26,161 nt of DNA from a virus. Its lineage: Duplodnaviria > Caudoviricetes. Of the stretch, positions 1 through 8,403 are shown one piece after another (positions within the stretch are counted from its first letter, which is position 1; every line of letters begins with the position of its first letter). The stretch covers positions 1-26,161 of the IMG/VR virus record IMGVR_UViG_3300011435_000036. One strand, written 5' to 3'. The position numbers were made by a program, and so were the translations under genes. The notes beneath the pieces were generated by a model, which worked only from the letters and a program-made list of their open reading frames with translations, was not told where the DNA came from and ran no database searches.

Positions 1-55
1 AGAAGAGATGGGTATCGACCCGGGTACGATCTTCATTGACGAAAATAAGGAGTAG
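1..55 (+). CDS. 3' end of an upstream gene (partial; ...EEMGIDPGTIFIDENKE*)
   Basis: Frame 2 open from base 2 to TAG at 53-55; its last codons supply the AAGGAG RBS of the next gene. Confidence 0.45.
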   Translation, partial: EEMGIDPGTIFIDENKE

Positions 56-63
56 CAACGTAG

Positions 64-606
64 ATGGCTTTTACTAAATACTTTGTAGAGATGCTCAAGC
101 AGGAAGGCACTAGCACTACCAAAATACTAGTGCCTGTTAGCCCCAGCTTAATTATCGGTGACGATGGTGAGCTAGCACCTAGTATGACTACCGATGATTT
201 ACTAGACGGTCAAGTTACAGCCGCTAAGATTGCTTCCGGTGCTGCTACCCCTGTTAAGACGCGCAACGTGCAGGCCGTAACTGCTACTGATGCGGGCCTT
301 ACTACGGGTATCATAGATGATACCACTACTCACGCTACAGTTACTTCTAGCGCAGGAACGAAGGTTGTCACGTTACCTACACCTACCCCCGGCCACATGG
401 TAGTTATCGACGTAGGAGCTAATGGCTTTAAGCTACAATCAACCGCTCCTGCTACTATTGCTATCAACGGTGGATCAGGCGCTAGCGCGGTTAGTGCTAT
501 CGCAGCTAGCAGCACGATCTTAGCTATATGTATCTCGGCTACAGCTTGGAAAGCAATCTTCCTAGATGCCGACTCAGACGTGGCTAAAGTAGCGGCGGCG
601 GCATAG
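64..606 (+). CDS. Virion structural protein, head fibre/decoration-like
   Basis: AAGGAG RBS; Ala/Thr-rich; LLDGQVTAAKIASGAAT fibre-type repeat; C-terminal VTLP...G beta domain resembling the C-terminus of ORF 3071. Confidence 0.6.
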   Translation: MAFTKYFVEMLKQEGTSTTKILVPVSPSLIIGDDGELAPSMTTDDLLDGQVTAAKIASGAATPVKTRNVQAVTATDAGLTTGIIDDTTTHATVTSSAGTKVVTLPTPTPGHMVVIDVGANGFKLQSTAPATIAINGGSGASAVSAIAASSTILAICISATAWKAIFLDADSDVAKVAAAA

Positions 607-607
607 T

Positions 608-1042
608 ATGAAGGCTAGCGACCGTTACGATAGCCTGATTAAGTTCTACGCGGAAGAAGCCGGGTTTATAGGTAAGGAGTGGTTACAGCTCAAGGCCCAA
701 ATCCGCGCTGAGTCTGCCTTCGAGCCTAGAGCACAATCAGGCGTAGGAGCTAAGGGCTTAGGGCAGTTTATGCCTCCTACCTGGGCAGAGTGGGCAACTG
801 GTAAGGACGTATTTAACCCAGAAGAGAATATCAAGGCCCAGGCTAAGTACATGCGTTGGTTGCTACAGCGTGTGACTACTTGGGAGTGCGCTTTTGCTGC
901 TTATAATTGGGGGATCGGTAACGTGCTAAAGGTGTGGCAAGACCCTCAATGGAAAAGTCGTCTACCTAAAGAAACAAAAGACTACCTTGACCGCATTGCG
1001 AGTTACCATGAGGAATACTTAGCAAAGGAGTCAAGGCCATAA
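608..1042 (+). CDS. Soluble lytic transglycosylase (SLT) family lysin
   Basis: AES catalytic motif, GAKGLGQFMPPT, AAYNWGIGNV, ETKDY. Confidence 0.92.
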   Translation: MKASDRYDSLIKFYAEEAGFIGKEWLQLKAQIRAESAFEPRAQSGVGAKGLGQFMPPTWAEWATGKDVFNPEENIKAQAKYMRWLLQRVTTWECAFAAYNWGIGNVLKVWQDPQWKSRLPKETKDYLDRIASYHEEYLAKESRP

Positions 1043-1320
1043 TGGACAAGGGGAGAGTCACGCTGTCACGCATTGATGATAAGCTAGAGAACGTCCTAGA
1101 CTTACTACGTGGTCACATTGACGATGATAATAAAAGGTTCGGCAAGGTCGATGGTAACTTTGAGAAGGTCCAAAATGTTATCTTAGGTAATGGCAAGCCG
1201 GGTCTGATTACGCGCTTAGATAGGCTAGAGCAGACTGAGGCTGTCCGTAAGTGGGTGATTCGCGCGCTAGTAGGTGCCGTGTGTACTGGTATAGCTACTC
1301 TAGCTGTGAGGGGCTTATGA
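1042..1320 (+). CDS. Holin-like membrane protein (coiled coil plus C-terminal TM helix)
   Basis: Adjacent to lysin with TAATG coupling; GNGKPGL..RLDRLE segment followed by hydrophobic WVIRALVGAVCTGIATLAV. Confidence 0.55.
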   Translation: MDKGRVTLSRIDDKLENVLDLLRGHIDDDNKRFGKVDGNFEKVQNVILGNGKPGLITRLDRLEQTEAVRKWVIRALVGAVCTGIATLAVRGL

Positions 1321-1526
1321 AGAAGTTTATTACTACGTTTTTACTGTTGGCTTGGTTCTTTGGTTTCCGCATGGAGACAGGGGAGCCTGGCGTCTTTGCT
1401 ACTCTTATTACCGGCCCATACCGTTCTAGGGCTGCATGCGAGAAGTCCTATCAAGCAAGCCTAGCTAGTATGCAGGCATTGTTCGGTGACGAGTTTGAGG
1501 CCCAGCCTTGCAGGGAGTCTATCTAA
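1317..1526 (+). CDS. Small exported/membrane protein with a Cys pair (lysis-cassette accessory)
   Basis: ATG at 1317 overlaps the upstream stop (ATGA); MKKFITTFLLLAWFFGF signal-like N-terminus; two Cys; no lipobox. Confidence 0.55.
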   Translation: MKKFITTFLLLAWFFGFRMETGEPGVFATLITGPYRSRAACEKSYQASLASMQALFGDEFEAQPCRESI

Positions 1527-2180
1527 GTGAGCGCACTAGATTCCGATGATCTCATATCGCAAGCCCTCAAGCGCGTTGGTAACGAAACTATTACCACAGA
1601 CGCGGAGACATGGCTGCTTAATGTCCTAGACAGACTCTATGAAGACTTCCATTGGCCTTTCCTTGAGAAGCTTACTACAGGCAATCTTACTAGCGGGCAG
1701 TCTTCGGTTAGCTTGCCTGCTGACTTTCAATCTCCCTGGGATAAGAACTCGTTTGTACTCATTGATTCCAACGGTAGTTATCATCCGTTAGCGTTCGCTA
1801 CTGGTTATGACCAGGACTTTCTAGCTAATCCGGCTACTACAGGCACGCCTACCCAGGCTCTGATAGACTTAGGTAGCGATACATGGCGGCCCTATCCCCT
1901 CCCCGAGACTGCCTACACTTGGCAAGTTCGCTACAAGCGTAAGCCTACCCGGACAGACCCTTATGCTACCTTTACACCAGATTTCCCGAACGATGAGATT
2001 ATTATTCAAGCTGTATTTGTACGCGCGCTACAGCATGAGGACGATGACCGTTATGTACCAGAGAGTCAAATACTCGCGCAGATGATAGCTCGGTACAAAG
2101 CTAAGTTTAACCTACAAGCGCAGCGCAGCCCTAAAGTAAGGCTGTCTGCTCGCTTCTCTACGCCTACCACTTTTAGATAA
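1527..2180 (+). CDS. Head-tail adaptor / tail tubular protein A-like
   Basis: N-terminal helices (LISQALKRVG...WLLNVL...WPFL), SLPADF, GTP, RPYPLP..Y motifs; position before fibre and nozzle genes. Confidence 0.75.
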   Translation: MSALDSDDLISQALKRVGNETITTDAETWLLNVLDRLYEDFHWPFLEKLTTGNLTSGQSSVSLPADFQSPWDKNSFVLIDSNGSYHPLAFATGYDQDFLANPATTGTPTQALIDLGSDTWRPYPLPETAYTWQVRYKRKPTRTDPYATFTPDFPNDEIIIQAVFVRALQHEDDDRYVPESQILAQMIARYKAKFNLQAQRSPKVRLSARFSTPTTFR

Positions 2181-2737
2181 TGGCTAACAAAGTAGCTAGC
2201 GGGTATATCACAGACCCGACTAATGTAAACGACCACAAGCGTACTACTACAGGGCGCGACATACTTAAGCTGGGTAATGTCCCCTGCATGACGCTTCTTA
2301 CCGTTGAAATTAGCGGTACAGCGGAAGTAGTCATAGAGTATAGCGAAGATGAAAGCGTCTTCATCCCTGTAGCTACTCTCACGGAGACTAGCGGGGTTCA
2401 GTTTGCTATACCAGCTAGTGTAATAGCTATTAATGTCACTTCTATTACACCGGGCTATGTCCGTGTGGTCTATCGTACAGTGGTGCTCGATAACATCCCA
2501 GCACAGACTCTAATCGTGTTTGGTACTGCTGTAGTCACTAGCCCTCTTGTTAGCAGCACCGATCACGGCAATCTCACCGGCCTAAGCGACGACGATCATA
2601 CGATTTACACACTGAAAAGCACATTGAATAACAACGGAGACATATACATCCGTAGCGGTGGTAACGTCACTAGGCTACCTATCGGAACAGCGGGGCAAGT
2701 CCTAACAGTAGTGGCTGGCCTACCGGCGTGGGTGTAG
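2180..2737 (+). CDS. Tail fibre-related structural protein
   Basis: DHGNLTGLSDDDH and GDIY...RLPIGTAGQVLTV..GLPAW fibre motifs after an N-terminal beta domain. Confidence 0.65.
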   Translation: MANKVASGYITDPTNVNDHKRTTTGRDILKLGNVPCMTLLTVEISGTAEVVIEYSEDESVFIPVATLTETSGVQFAIPASVIAINVTSITPGYVRVVYRTVVLDNIPAQTLIVFGTAVVTSPLVSSTDHGNLTGLSDDDHTIYTLKSTLNNNGDIYIRSGGNVTRLPIGTAGQVLTVVAGLPAWV

Positions 2738-2738
2738 A

Positions 2739-3071
2739 ATGGCCTTACGGCATCGTAAGCACCAGGAGTCAAACAAGCTTCGCGGCGTAGATAGGGTAGA
2801 CGACGAGGCAGACATTGAGCTAGGAGCCTTCGAGGAACTAGCTAACTGGATACCCGCAGACGTTTATGCGTTCAAGAAGAAGAGGGGCGTTACAGCTCTC
2901 AACCCTTGCGGCCTAGCAGGGCTTACTACTGAGGCTGGCGACCCTATTACTAGCGAAGCTGGCGTCTTTATCATAACCGAGTTCTCTACTCTTTGTGCTT
3001 TCTTTATCAGCACGGAGAATAACCTAGTTATCACGACCGAAGCAGGCGATCCTATCGAAGTGGAGTCTTAA
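2739..3071 (+). CDS. Nozzle N-terminal-like segment (copy 1) fused to (I/L)TTEAG repeats; putative fibre-attachment adaptor
   Basis: aa 4-54 are 26/51 identical to the N-terminus of ORF 4903; C-terminal LTTEAGDPITSEAG...ITTEAGDPIEVE repeats. Confidence 0.6.
   Translation: MALRHRKHQESNKLRGVDRVDDEADIELGAFEELANWIPADVYAFKKKRGVTALNPCGLAGLTTEAGDPITSEAGVFIITEFSTLCAFFISTENNLVITTEAGDPIEVES
2922..3068 (+). repeat. Protein-level T-E-A-G repeats
   Basis: LTTEAGDPI, ITSEAG, ISTENN, ITTEAGDPI. Confidence 0.7.
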
Positions 3072-4006
3072 TGGCAAATATCAAAATATCAGAGTTACCC
3101 GCAATCACTGTACCACTAGCAGCAGACCTAGTGCCAGTTGTGCAAGCTGGTGTTACCGACCAGATTACACGCGGTAACTTTCTCAAGAACATAGACGCAG
3201 ATGCTACGCTTACCGATATTACTACGAATAATGCTAGCACTACACAGCATGGCCTAGCCCCTAAAGCTACCGCTCCTGCTGCTGGCTTGCGCAGCGTTCT
3301 AGCTATCGACAACGCGGAGACAGTCTATAAAGTTACTGCCCTGCTCGATAATACGAACCCGGAAGCACTAGGCTCAGTAGGCCCAGGAACTTCCCTGATA
3401 GCTGCTAGACGAGATCACGTCCATTCTGGTACGGGATTGACTGCCACAGACTCAGACGCGATACATGACAACGTATCTGGTGAGATAGTCCTAGTCACTG
3501 AGAAGACTACTCCGATAGCTGCTGACTTGGTTCTTATCGAAGACTCAGCTTCTAGTAATGCTAAGAAGCGGGTGCAGCTCTCTAACTTACCGGCCCCCGG
3601 GTCTGACACGCAAGTTCTGTTTAACGATAGCGGTAAGCTGGGCGGTGATGGTGGGCTAACATATAATAAGACCACTGACACGCTTACGATAGTTAAAGCG
3701 GTCATGTCTGTAGGCGCTGATGTTGGCATCGCAGCTACTACTATGTCGGGCACGATTACGCTGACTACATCTTCTCCGCGATACCAGTCACTAGACCCAG
3801 ATGGGTCTGCTAGGAACGTAGACTTACCCGCAGCCGCAGCAGGCTTAGCTTTCTTCATTGTAAACCGTGGTAATGGGGCAGAAGTAATCACAGTTCGTAC
3901 TAGCGGTGCCGCAACAGTAGATACGATTGATAATGATGAAGGCTTAAGCGTTATCTGTGACGGTACTCGCTGGATTTCCGCCAAAGCAACTTTGGTAATT
4001 GTCTAA
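3071..4006 (+). CDS. Tail fibre protein
   Basis: MANIKISELPA N-terminus; a second copy of that domain (TTPIAADLVLIED); ARRDHVH; PGSDTQVLFNDSG.LGGD fibre motifs. Confidence 0.8.
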   Translation: MANIKISELPAITVPLAADLVPVVQAGVTDQITRGNFLKNIDADATLTDITTNNASTTQHGLAPKATAPAAGLRSVLAIDNAETVYKVTALLDNTNPEALGSVGPGTSLIAARRDHVHSGTGLTATDSDAIHDNVSGEIVLVTEKTTPIAADLVLIEDSASSNAKKRVQLSNLPAPGSDTQVLFNDSGKLGGDGGLTYNKTTDTLTIVKAVMSVGADVGIAATTMSGTITLTTSSPRYQSLDPDGSARNVDLPAAAAGLAFFIVNRGNGAEVITVRTSGAATVDTIDNDEGLSVICDGTRWISAKATLVIV

Positions 4007-4902
4007 TGAAATATGCTAAGCAAGGCGGCTTGTGGCTGCCTAAATATCTCCGCAACAATCGGGGATTAGTAGCCCCTGGCATGATGCCAGTCTCAGGGCC
4101 ACAAGGGGCGGCGCCAGCACCTCCGTCTACTAACTTAACTTTCTGGATGGACGGGAGCGACCTATCTACCCTATGGAAGACGAACACCCAAGGCAATAAT
4201 CCCTGCTGGAGTGTGCAAGCTAGCGCAGATGACGATATTATTGAAGCTATTCAGTCTTTATATCCAGGCCCTACTAGCGAGTACACAGTAAGTAACGGCG
4301 GTAACGTCTTTACAGCCGTCCCTAAAGTTAAGATGACGACCCCCTTGCTGGGGACTCAGTGCTTAGACTTTGATGGTAGTGATGATGTTACCCAGATAAG
4401 CAACCGTACTAGCGATGCATTAATAGCAGCCTCTAGCCTTTTTACTACGACTGCACGAACTATCATACTCTCTGTACGGTTTGATACGTTCCAAGGCTCT
4501 GATGGCTACCGGGTAATCATGGCACACGCTAGCTCTAGCGTTAATTGGGGTGTGTACCAATTCAGGATAGGTGGTGTGAATAGCATCGGTGCTAATAACA
4601 ACGATGGGGGCTATGACACTGTAACAATTAACGCGGCTATTGACACTAATTATGTGGTGATGTGTCGCCATGATGGTAGTAATCTTTACCTATCACTTAA
4701 TGGTGGTGCCGAATCATCTGTAGCTAGCGGTGCTCTATCAAGTGGTATAGCTGACTCTGTTGCTATCGGTGGTAATCCATCTGAAAGCGGCCACTTCCTA
4801 GATGGGCGTATAGGTGAAATTGCTGTATGGAATGTTGACCTAGCTGCACAAGGCACTGACCTTGCCGATGCTATAACATACTTCACGGACAAATGGATAT
4901 AG
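4006..4902 (+). CDS. LamG/concanavalin A-like receptor-binding tail protein
   Basis: LTFWMDGSD, LDFDGSDD, LYLSLNG, FLDGRIGEIAVWN motifs. Confidence 0.8.
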   Translation: MKYAKQGGLWLPKYLRNNRGLVAPGMMPVSGPQGAAPAPPSTNLTFWMDGSDLSTLWKTNTQGNNPCWSVQASADDDIIEAIQSLYPGPTSEYTVSNGGNVFTAVPKVKMTTPLLGTQCLDFDGSDDVTQISNRTSDALIAASSLFTTTARTIILSVRFDTFQGSDGYRVIMAHASSSVNWGVYQFRIGGVNSIGANNNDGGYDTVTINAAIDTNYVVMCRHDGSNLYLSLNGGAESSVASGALSSGIADSVAIGGNPSESGHFLDGRIGEIAVWNVDLAAQGTDLADAITYFTDKWI

Positions 4903-6201
4903 ATGAACCGCAACCGCAAAGAACAACGTGAGATCAAGCTAGTAGGCGTTAACCGCGCGGTAGACCCTACTAAGCTAAAGCTAGGCACGTTCCAGTCTTT
5001 AACAAACTTAATACCGGCTAAACGCTACAAGATCAAGAAGAAGCGTGGTGTAGTCCTGCTTGTCAACGAAGCAGATGTACTAAACCCCGCTACTTGCGCG
5101 CTATGCCCCCAAGGTACTCTGCCAGAAGCACAAGACCTTGATACAGTCTGCTGCTACGATAATGTTACCGACATCTGGTCTGATGTAACCAGCTCTAGCG
5201 GGCAAATAAACTACGTTAATCCAGCAGACCATTCATTCTGGTGTACGTCCGGGGAAGCTAATGGCTTCGCTAGCGGGCCTTACCCTGATGATGCTAGTAT
5301 CCTATGGAAGCTATGGGAGCCTACTACTCCCGCTGGGCCAGGCTGCACGCTGACAGACATAGGCTCTACCGAAGCTGTAGAGTTCACCGGGTACACAGCT
5401 AACGTACAATCTACACAAGCAGCACAAGCTGGTAGATCAGGGCATAGTGATGAAAAGTCATACATGCTTGCTATGTCCGGTATCACACCCGCTCTATGGG
5501 ATGCTGGTACTAACTCGCCTGTCTACTTCGGTGAGACAAGCGGGGCTGTAGTAATGAGACTGGACTTCCCTTGTGACCAACTAGGCCCTTGGACGAAGTA
5601 CGGCAGCGATATATTCTCTGTCGTAAAGTGCGTAGGATCAAATGGGCTAATCATAGCTCATTGGCCGATACCATTCGCTGATAATTACGAAGACTACCTA
5701 GAGAACTTCGTAACGGGTGGAGTAACAGACCCCGGCAGCCCTATCCCCGGGATTACTAGCCTGGACGCTTTCAAGTCTCTCCATGCTAATGCTACGGCTC
5801 TGTACGCTCTTTGTGACGGCGCTGAGTTCGCTAATCCTACAGTGTTTAGCATGGATAAGGGGGACTTCTCCCTTATAGACTCATGGGCTATCACTAATGC
5901 CGACTTTGCAACGCCTCTAGGCTTTCACGTCTACAGCGATGATCTTATCTTTGTGCTCGGCTATGTAAGTGAAGTTATCGGGGTTTACACGCTAAACATA
6001 GGGTTCTTAGACACAGCTACAGGGATTACTACAACGCTAGGAACAGTGGTTAGCGATTGCATACAAGATGGTACGAGCGACGGAGCACATGGTTTTCAGT
6101 ATGCTAATAACTATTTCTACATAGGCTTCGACGGTGGCAAGGTGCTTAAGGTAGGCCCGCTACTTTGCCCTGGTACTAGCAATCTTTGGGAAGTGATTTG
6201 A
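4903..6201 (+). CDS. Nozzle N-terminal-like segment (copy 2) fused to a Cys-rich beta-rich (probable propeller) tail appendage
   Basis: N-terminal paralogy with ORF 2739; 11 Cys; acidic, beta-strand-rich body. Confidence 0.6.
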   Translation: MNRNRKEQREIKLVGVNRAVDPTKLKLGTFQSLTNLIPAKRYKIKKKRGVVLLVNEADVLNPATCALCPQGTLPEAQDLDTVCCYDNVTDIWSDVTSSSGQINYVNPADHSFWCTSGEANGFASGPYPDDASILWKLWEPTTPAGPGCTLTDIGSTEAVEFTGYTANVQSTQAAQAGRSGHSDEKSYMLAMSGITPALWDAGTNSPVYFGETSGAVVMRLDFPCDQLGPWTKYGSDIFSVVKCVGSNGLIIAHWPIPFADNYEDYLENFVTGGVTDPGSPIPGITSLDAFKSLHANATALYALCDGAEFANPTVFSMDKGDFSLIDSWAITNADFATPLGFHVYSDDLIFVLGYVSEVIGVYTLNIGFLDTATGITTTLGTVVSDCIQDGTSDGAHGFQYANNYFYIGFDGGKVLKVGPLLCPGTSNLWEVI

Positions 6202-6485
6202 ACTATAAGCTATCCGGTAACATGATGGCTAAGTGGGGAGCTAAGGCTACATTAGCTGTGATGGCTGAGAGAATGGGTGTACCACTAGGTAGCATGCTAG
6301 TAGCCCTACGTGATGCTCTAGGTTATGAGTGCGCGTACTGCCAAGCTGCTAGCCAGATACTCAAGATACAGGAGCGGCTAGGGCAAGAGAAGGCGATAGA
6401 GCTTATAAGCAGGCTCCTAGAAGCTAAGAAGACAAACGACACGGAAGAACTCGCTAGAGTTACAAAGGAATTGACTGGTAAATAA
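6198..6485 (+). CDS. Small CxxC phage protein
   Basis: Likely TTG start overlapping the upstream TGA; LG.....RDALGYECAYC motif. Confidence 0.6.
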   Translation: MNYKLSGNMMAKWGAKATLAVMAERMGVPLGSMLVALRDALGYECAYCQAASQILKIQERLGQEKAIELISRLLEAKKTNDTEELARVTKELTGK

Positions 6486-7897
6486 TGGCTACAGGCGATG
6501 CTCTCGAAATAAAGCACCTTCACAACTACCGTAGACCCGGTGAAGTGGATATATTGCTTGCCTTTATCAGGCGTGAGGATGACGTAGATGGTCTATTCCA
6601 GTGGAACGGTTCGGGCTGGACTCTCTTACTAGAGCTAGAGGGTACTGATTTAGTTTATGACTCGGTTACATGGCTTAGTAAGGTCTTCTGGTGCGACGGT
6701 AAGAATCATATTTGGTATCTGGACGCAGACGAGGGCCTGACATGTGAAGTGACTACTTCGCCCCCTGTCCAGTATCTTATAGTCTTCCAAGAGCGTCTAG
6801 TAGGAGCTGGTGACGCGCGCACACAAGCCGAGATAGAGGCAGCAGGCTTAGTGTGGCCTGCTGATTCTAACCGTGACCGTGTGCTTTTCTCAGAAGCCCT
6901 AGACTTCAACCGTTGGAGCCCCAACAACTTTATCGACGCTCAGACAGGCACCGGAGAGCTTATTACCGGGCTAGGTATTAACTCGATTAACTCAGCGGAA
7001 CGGGGAGCACAGAGCCAGCTAGTAGTGTTCAAGAGGCATGGCATCCTGATTAACGATGGTGTGCTAGCTTCCGGCGACCAACGCTTAAACATCGTGAGCA
7101 ACGTAGTCGGCTGCCCAGGCTACCATTCTATCTGTAATACACCTTTCGGCTTAATCTTCTGCTCGCATAACACGGTGAGCTGGCTGGATACTAGCGGCAA
7201 GGAGCCTCAGCAGATAGGTTTCCTGATTAGCCCCGATATTCAAGCTACCCAGCATGACGTGGAAGAGCAAGTAGACCTACAACGCTGGCAAGCTGCAATC
7301 TGGCATAACTCCATATTCAAGCTAGCGATAGCTGCTGATAATGATTCAGAGACTAACGACCGTGAATGGTGGTTAGACATGCGGCCTCAGTTATTCCCGC
7401 AGGAACAACTTTGGTACGGCCCTATGACTGGTGATAAGATACTCCAGTACGTTATCTACCAGGGCGAGCTGTGCGCTGCTGAGATGGGCACGATCTTAAT
7501 GTGGAAGCTAGATGTAGAAGGCGTCTATGGTAGTATGACCGACCCTACAACGCCTAGAACTAGCACGATGGTATGGCCTAGACTAGCTAACGAGAACATG
7601 AGCAGAGGCAAGCTGGACGCCTATGGTTTCAAGGGCCTGATAGACTCGGTTACGGCCGTAGCATTAACGGAAGGAGTAGACTACGAGCGTGGTCGAGCTA
7701 CTACTAGCGAGACTCTTACAGTGCCAGCACGCCCTGCTGTTTATGACGTTACAAGGCCGGTCAAGCGTAATGCTTACGACGCGCAAGTAACTATTAGTCA
7801 TTCCGCAGATAGTGACATAGAAATACACGCAGTTTACGTTAGAGGCAAACTCACCCGTAGACAGAGCGAGAAACAAGATGGGAGTACCCAGACATGA
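6485..7897 (+). CDS. Tail nozzle / tail tubular protein B (P22 gp10/T7 gp12-like), apparently lacking its N-terminal segment
   Basis: FQERL, RVLFSE...W, GELITGL, LVVFK, VGC....I propeller motifs and a C-terminal beta-sandwich; followed by GNAT as in podoviruses. Confidence 0.75.
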   Translation: MATGDALEIKHLHNYRRPGEVDILLAFIRREDDVDGLFQWNGSGWTLLLELEGTDLVYDSVTWLSKVFWCDGKNHIWYLDADEGLTCEVTTSPPVQYLIVFQERLVGAGDARTQAEIEAAGLVWPADSNRDRVLFSEALDFNRWSPNNFIDAQTGTGELITGLGINSINSAERGAQSQLVVFKRHGILINDGVLASGDQRLNIVSNVVGCPGYHSICNTPFGLIFCSHNTVSWLDTSGKEPQQIGFLISPDIQATQHDVEEQVDLQRWQAAIWHNSIFKLAIAADNDSETNDREWWLDMRPQLFPQEQLWYGPMTGDKILQYVIYQGELCAAEMGTILMWKLDVEGVYGSMTDPTTPRTSTMVWPRLANENMSRGKLDAYGFKGLIDSVTAVALTEGVDYERGRATTSETLTVPARPAVYDVTRPVKRNAYDAQVTISHSADSDIEIHAVYVRGKLTRRQSEKQDGSTQT

Positions 7898-8403
7898 AAT
7901 TAAAGATCAAATTGATCGAGCCCGCCGACATAGGCGCAATGCGAATCATGGCCGCTGACTTCATCGAAGAAGGCGCTATGGAGTATCCAACGATTGACGA
8001 CACAGAGATAGACAAGGCAATGATGTTGATACTAGGTTGCATCGGCAACCCTGATTATATCCAGCTTATCGCCTACGATGGTAAGAAGCCCGCAGGCTTT
8101 CTACTAGCCTATGTGACGGACAAGCCTTACTCCCGGCCTACTAGAGTAGGCGTAGCTCAAGAGCTATACGTTGTGCCTGAAAAACGAGCAGGCATGGTAG
8201 GGCTACGCTTGATGGAAGAGGCTGGCTTGATAGCGGTAAGCAAAGGTGCTGAGGGCTTCGAGTGTGTAGGTTCTTACAATGGCACAGACAAGCGGTGGGA
8301 GAAGTTCGGCTTTAAGCCCTATCTTACATACGGTCACATGGAACCAGAGAAGTTTCTAGCAATAGTCCAAAGGTTTACCAAAGGGAGAGCAGCAGCGGCA
8401 TGA
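7894..8403 (+). CDS. GNAT-family acetyltransferase (virion assembly, T7 gp13/P22 gp14 position)
   Basis: ELYVVPEKRAGMVGLRLM (acetyl-CoA-binding motif A); WEKFGF. Confidence 0.88.
   Translation: MKLKIKLIEPADIGAMRIMAADFIEEGAMEYPTIDDTEIDKAMMLILGCIGNPDYIQLIAYDGKKPAGFLLAYVTDKPYSRPTRVGVAQELYVVPEKRAGMVGLRLMEEAGLIAVSKGAEGFECVGSYNGTDKRWEKFGFKPYLTYGHMEPEKFLAIVQRFTKGRAAAA

Noticed and set aside
4006-4080. Prepilin-like cleavage site (RNNRG/LVAP) in the LamG protein
   Set aside because: No Glu at +5 and no hydrophobic helix follows
3071-6201. Diversity-generating retroelement or invertible tail-fibre cassette explaining the duplicated N-termini
   Set aside because: No reverse transcriptase or invertase; the copies are direct, diverged at DNA level and show no adenine-specific pattern that I could see
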